In this document: positions 59,401-64,000 of the stretch, in pieces
Numbering within the stretch: position 1 is the stretch's first letter
Layout: the number at the start of each line of letters is the position of its first letter
Assembly: GCF_006345805.1 (NCBI RefSeq)
Contig: NC_043007.1
Location: 64,852,001-64,916,000 of the forward strand
Source: Octopus sinensis
Taxonomy: Eukaryota
Direction: 5' to 3'
Length of the DNA: 64,000 nucleotides
Notes under the pieces: generated by a model
The model's input: the letters and a program-made list of their open reading frames with translations, nothing else
Told to the model about the DNA's origin: nothing
Database searches by the model: none
Made by a program: the position numbers and the translations under genes

Positions 59401-60947
59401 CAAAGCCTTCAATAGAATTATATTTTTAAAGGCATATACATTTATATATAGTCATAGTACCAAATGTATGTTAGTACAAGTCACTAAACACATACTAGTT
59501 AATAGCAGATGTGCCTAGAAGCCAGAAAAGTAGTTTCTCTGGTTCATACATACATACACGCATACATTTACATCTATCTATTTATCTATCTATATATTTT
59601 TTCTATATATATATAGATACAGATGTATATATATCTGAGTAGTAGAGACAAATATTGAGTTTTTATTAATATTCTACATCTACACACAGCAACATATGCG
59701 AATGAATTAGATTCATTTACAGTTTACATTTTGCATATATTGTTAACGAAAAGTCTATAAAAACAGAGTTATGCGAGTCTGAGACTTATAGATCGAAGGA
59801 AATGTGTTCGATACGAGAATGAAATAACACTTCGAAAGTAGCATAAATTAAATTTGGATGTATATTTAGTAATCCACTGTCTTTCATTCAGTTCTATTAG
59901 CTTTATTTTAAATAAGGATTTATATATAAATGTAAATTTATATATATATACACATAATTACAAAACTGGAGCTTGAATATTTCTTGTTTTGTTTTATATA
60001 TATACTGGCGAAAGCATGTATATGTAATAAATGCATATACTTAACTGTGTATATAGGTGTACATTGAATGAATAATAAGCTGTTGCAGGAATATCGATAA
60101 TGGCAATGACAATGACGACGACAACTGTAATAATAATAATAACAGTAACAATAATGTTTGTACTTATTTCTAATTATAATTATTATAATTACTATCAGCT
60201 CGTCTTTCTAAGCAAATTTGTTTTAGAAATGAAAACCAATGTGTAGTAAATTGCTCGAAATCTACCTTCAATGCATAAAGGCTTAGTATATGTATATATG
60301 TTTACCAAAGTTTAGAATCTAAATCTGTATGTGATGTATTCGTCTATATATTTGATTAGAAATGTATGCAGTTCTCCTCCACTAAATATTGCTTCACATT
60401 TAAAATAATCCTGAATTCTCTTTATTATTGAGATTAAGATATGTAACATCAACCCATAAATATCTAGATATTTCTATAATTTACTCAACAATTTTATTTT
60501 TTACATAAGAAAATCAACAAATTTAGCAACAAACGAATGATAACACAACTAATAAAAATAGATAATTTTATAATTAAAAATATTGTTTATAAGGGCGAAT
60601 GAGTCGAGGAAGAGGGTGGAATGAAGAGAAGAGAGGTGAGTGCGTTAAAAAAAACCTTCTGCACGAAAAGTACTAGAAAATTCCTTTGCAGAAAGTCGTT
60701 GCACTACTAGCTATCTTATATAGCTAGCTTGATGGGACTGGGTTTAGAACACTAGTAGCTAAAGCAAGCATAGAAAATCAAGTATTGATTTCTGTACTGT
60801 CTTTTTCTATCTCTCTCTTTTCCTCTGTCTTTCCGTCTCTCTATATCTGTGTTTTTCTCTCTCTCCAGCAACCGCATCACGCTTACTGCTGTCTTCCTCT
60901 TTTCAGTGTCACACTGTCACTCTACTTCTCTGAATATATATATATAT

Positions 60948-61028
<81 letters not shown>

Positions 61029-62049
61029 ATGTATGAAATATGTGTGTGTATATCGTCTAAAACTGTCACTGCTGCTGTCACTGCCGTCTATGACAACAAC
61101 AATAACGTCGAATAGAAAATAGGAAAAATAAAAGTAATAACTTAATAAAATAAACTAGAGCCTTTCAATGAAAATAACAGTTACACAACAACGGCATCAA
61201 TAATTAAAACAATTTACTAATTGTGGTAGAAATGGTTGTGGTGATGTCTTTATATTTTCTCTTCACAATGTGTGTGTGTATTATTGTTATTATTATTATT
61301 ATTATTATCTACTATGATTAATATTTATGAGAGTTACTACTCTTTACCATCAGCTAAAATATGTTCAATGATGCAGTAGTATATATTTTATATCGAAACT
61401 ACTAACATTTTCTCGCCAATCTCCTTCGATAAACGGTAACGTTTTAACATATATTTCTTACATCCACAGCGAAAGCAAAATTAATAATTCTACATAATGT
61501 TAGGTTTTCCTTTTCCTTTTCCACCAAAAGTTGTATTTTTTCTCTTTCTCTTTTTTTTGTTATATCCTTTAAAATCTCCCAAGCTTCTCTTATATAACAT
61601 TAAAACAAACATAAATTTAGGGAAAACTCATTCATACAAATTTCGTACAGTTTTTTTTTGTCTCGGTGGGGTGGGTATACAACATACATCAATTGTTGTT
61701 TTTTTTTTTCGTATATATGTATTTTTTCTTGTTTTGAATTTTTTCTTTTTTTTTTATAAATATATATACGTATATATATATTTAAATTTTACATTTTTTT
61801 CTTTTATAATTTACAATCGCAACAACATTCACACACCTTTTCAGGAGGGTTTTAGTTTGTTAGAAATATTTCACTACGGATGTGTTTGGCAAACTCTTCT
61901 TTAACTAAGAGGTTGTCATTGAAATAATTTAGTCATTTACACTCAGACTGCTAGTTATCCATTGATGCTGCCGTATACAGGTTTACATACCTATATGTAT
62001 ATATATATATACACATATAAATAAAACAGTAAGTAGATATATATACATC

Positions 62050-62620
62050 AATGTCCAGATTTCGGACTACTTTTACACGACCTAAGGGTCACCAAGCACA
62101 AAAATGTTCACACATTTTCTTCCTTTTTGACATCATAATCCTCTCACAGTTGTAAAAAAAGATCAAAACCGCTTATCATTTTCCTATTTTTGTCTTTTCT
62201 TTCGTTTTCCGGGAACGGAGAGAAATTTTCTTTGAGGGATTTTCTGGTTCAAGTTATTGTAGATAACAATTTCCAATGGCAGAGAAATGCTTCATATAAT
62301 GAAGACTTCATGCCCACTTCACGTATTTAGGTTGTTCTTGACTGTTTGTTTGAGTAGTTTCCTTCAGCTTCCTTTCTGCAAAATTTGACTTACTTAATAA
62401 ATTGACTCCTGAAAGGAAGGCTTACTATTTAAAGAGCTTAGTCGGGCCCTCTTCTCGTCAATCCATTGAAATGTATCATACTTATCCTTCTGTGCTGGTA
62501 GAAACCCGTTTTCCTGTGGTCGTGACCCGTCGCATTGTGGCGTATCTGCAACCATACGCTAGTACAGTAAGCCAGCACTCAGAGCAGCGGGAGATTTTAG
62601 ATGCCCGGATTAAGAAACGA
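62050..62620 (-). mobile_element. Possible decayed retroelement coding remnant
   Basis: Higher-complexity stretch; one minus frame runs about 170 codons with scattered stops (...IVIYNNLNQKIP...KRKKRQK...CQKGRKC). Family uncertain, Penelope-like is a guess. Confidence 0.25.
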
Positions 62621-63187
62621 AAACGAGGCTCCAGCATAAGGCATATATAGCTGGCAGCCGATAATGATGATTTGCTATGGTAGCATTAACGTAAGAAGTG
62701 TGCAGTTGATGTGGTTGTTATTTTAACTAACAGTGACACAAATCAAAAGATGTCTAATACACAACATTTGGATATCAGAAGTCGATGCAAACATTAAAAA
62801 ATAATTAAAACTAAAGAAAGTTTCTTCATTATTTAATACATGGTCACATACAGAAATTTTGAATCATCCTCTATCAATTTCTCTTTAATTACATTTATTG
62901 CATTCATTATTCGAATGAGAAAAGTCACAAACGGATTTATGTCGTGTATTACTTGGAAAGTATTAACAGTAGTCTTTTAACAATATTATTCTATAAATAG
63001 TAACGTCTTCAAACTTGGAGTCGAATATTCCACCCATACCATATCATGATACCAAAAGAAAAGAATATAGCAAATAAACAAATTAAATGCTTATTTATTC
63101 TGGAATTAATAGCACAACATACATATATTACATACAAAATCACTGTCAACTTACACACACACACACGCGCGCGCGCACGCACACACG

Positions 63188-63218
<31 letters not shown>

Positions 63219-63653
63219 TCACATACGCACACACACACATGCATACAGACATACATACGTACACGCACTCACACACATATATACAGATATACATACGCAC
63301 AGGCACACACACATGCATACAAATATATTTACATGTACGCGCGCGCACACACGCAGATATATATACACATGTACACTATATACAAGATGATAATACGTAT
63401 GGGAAACGGAAAGAGTACGTATGCCTTCTTTCATGCATAATTTCTGGCATATATACTGTATTCAAATTAATATATATATATATAGACAAATATTATATAT
63501 TATACACGCACACATACACACACGTATATGCATACATATATATAGAGAGAGAGGTGTCGTAAAGACTAGACTTTATGTATATGTTACATGTATGTAAAAT
63601 ATATTTCATTTGATAGATATGTATATCAATTTATCCATGTACATGTGCCACTA

Positions 63654-63755
<102 letters not shown>

Positions 63756-64000
63756 CTGTCTGTGTGCCTATATATCTATTTATCTATCTGTCAATACGTA
63801 ATGTATATATTACAAATTAGGGAACAACAAGTGAGTTACAAATGAGACAACAACAAAAGAAATTGCATTAGTTTGAGGCTCAGGATATATGGCTAACCCT
63901 GCGACGGAGTAGCCTTCTGATTAGAAGAGGAATTTGGTCTACTCGCCTAGCCAGCGGGGTGGCATCATTCGAAATTAAAATGATTAGTGTCTGTGTGTAT

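Noticed and set aside
60594-60635. 42-nt phase 1-1 candidate (GRMSRGRGWNEEKR) with GTGAGT donor
   Set aside because: Weak acceptor in a purine-rich low-complexity patch; the neuropeptide-like look is not evidence.

Overview
AT-rich, microsatellite-saturated animal DNA. The SINE families and repeat landscape suggest a cephalopod (Octopus-like) genome; this is inference, as no database search was run. Nearly all entries in the supplied ORF track are translations of simple repeats. Most of the window reads as intronic sequence of one large, unidentified + strand gene. Its only visible coding pieces are two candidate signal-peptide start exons (635-704 and 18741-18849, both ending in phase-1 donors) and a symmetric 27-nt phase-1 microexon (24072-24098). 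The rest is a transposon graveyard: several tRNA-derived SINE families, two MITEs, a DD37D mariner and a second mariner derivative, a hAT/Charlie fossil, a young CR1 fragment inside a (TATC)n array, an old near-full-length CR1-group LINE, CRE and R4/Dong fossils, and Penelope-like remnants. The most notable observations are: (1) SINE dimers sharing one precise junction at two loci, one copy enclosed by a perfect 17-bp TSD; (2) a minimal Penelope-type hammerhead ribozyme motif; (3) the alternative leader-exon/microexon architecture; (4) the CR1 copy embedded in a GATA-type microsatellite. All protein family assignments come from remembered motifs and hand translation, and repeat boundaries are approximate unless TIRs or TSDs are cited.
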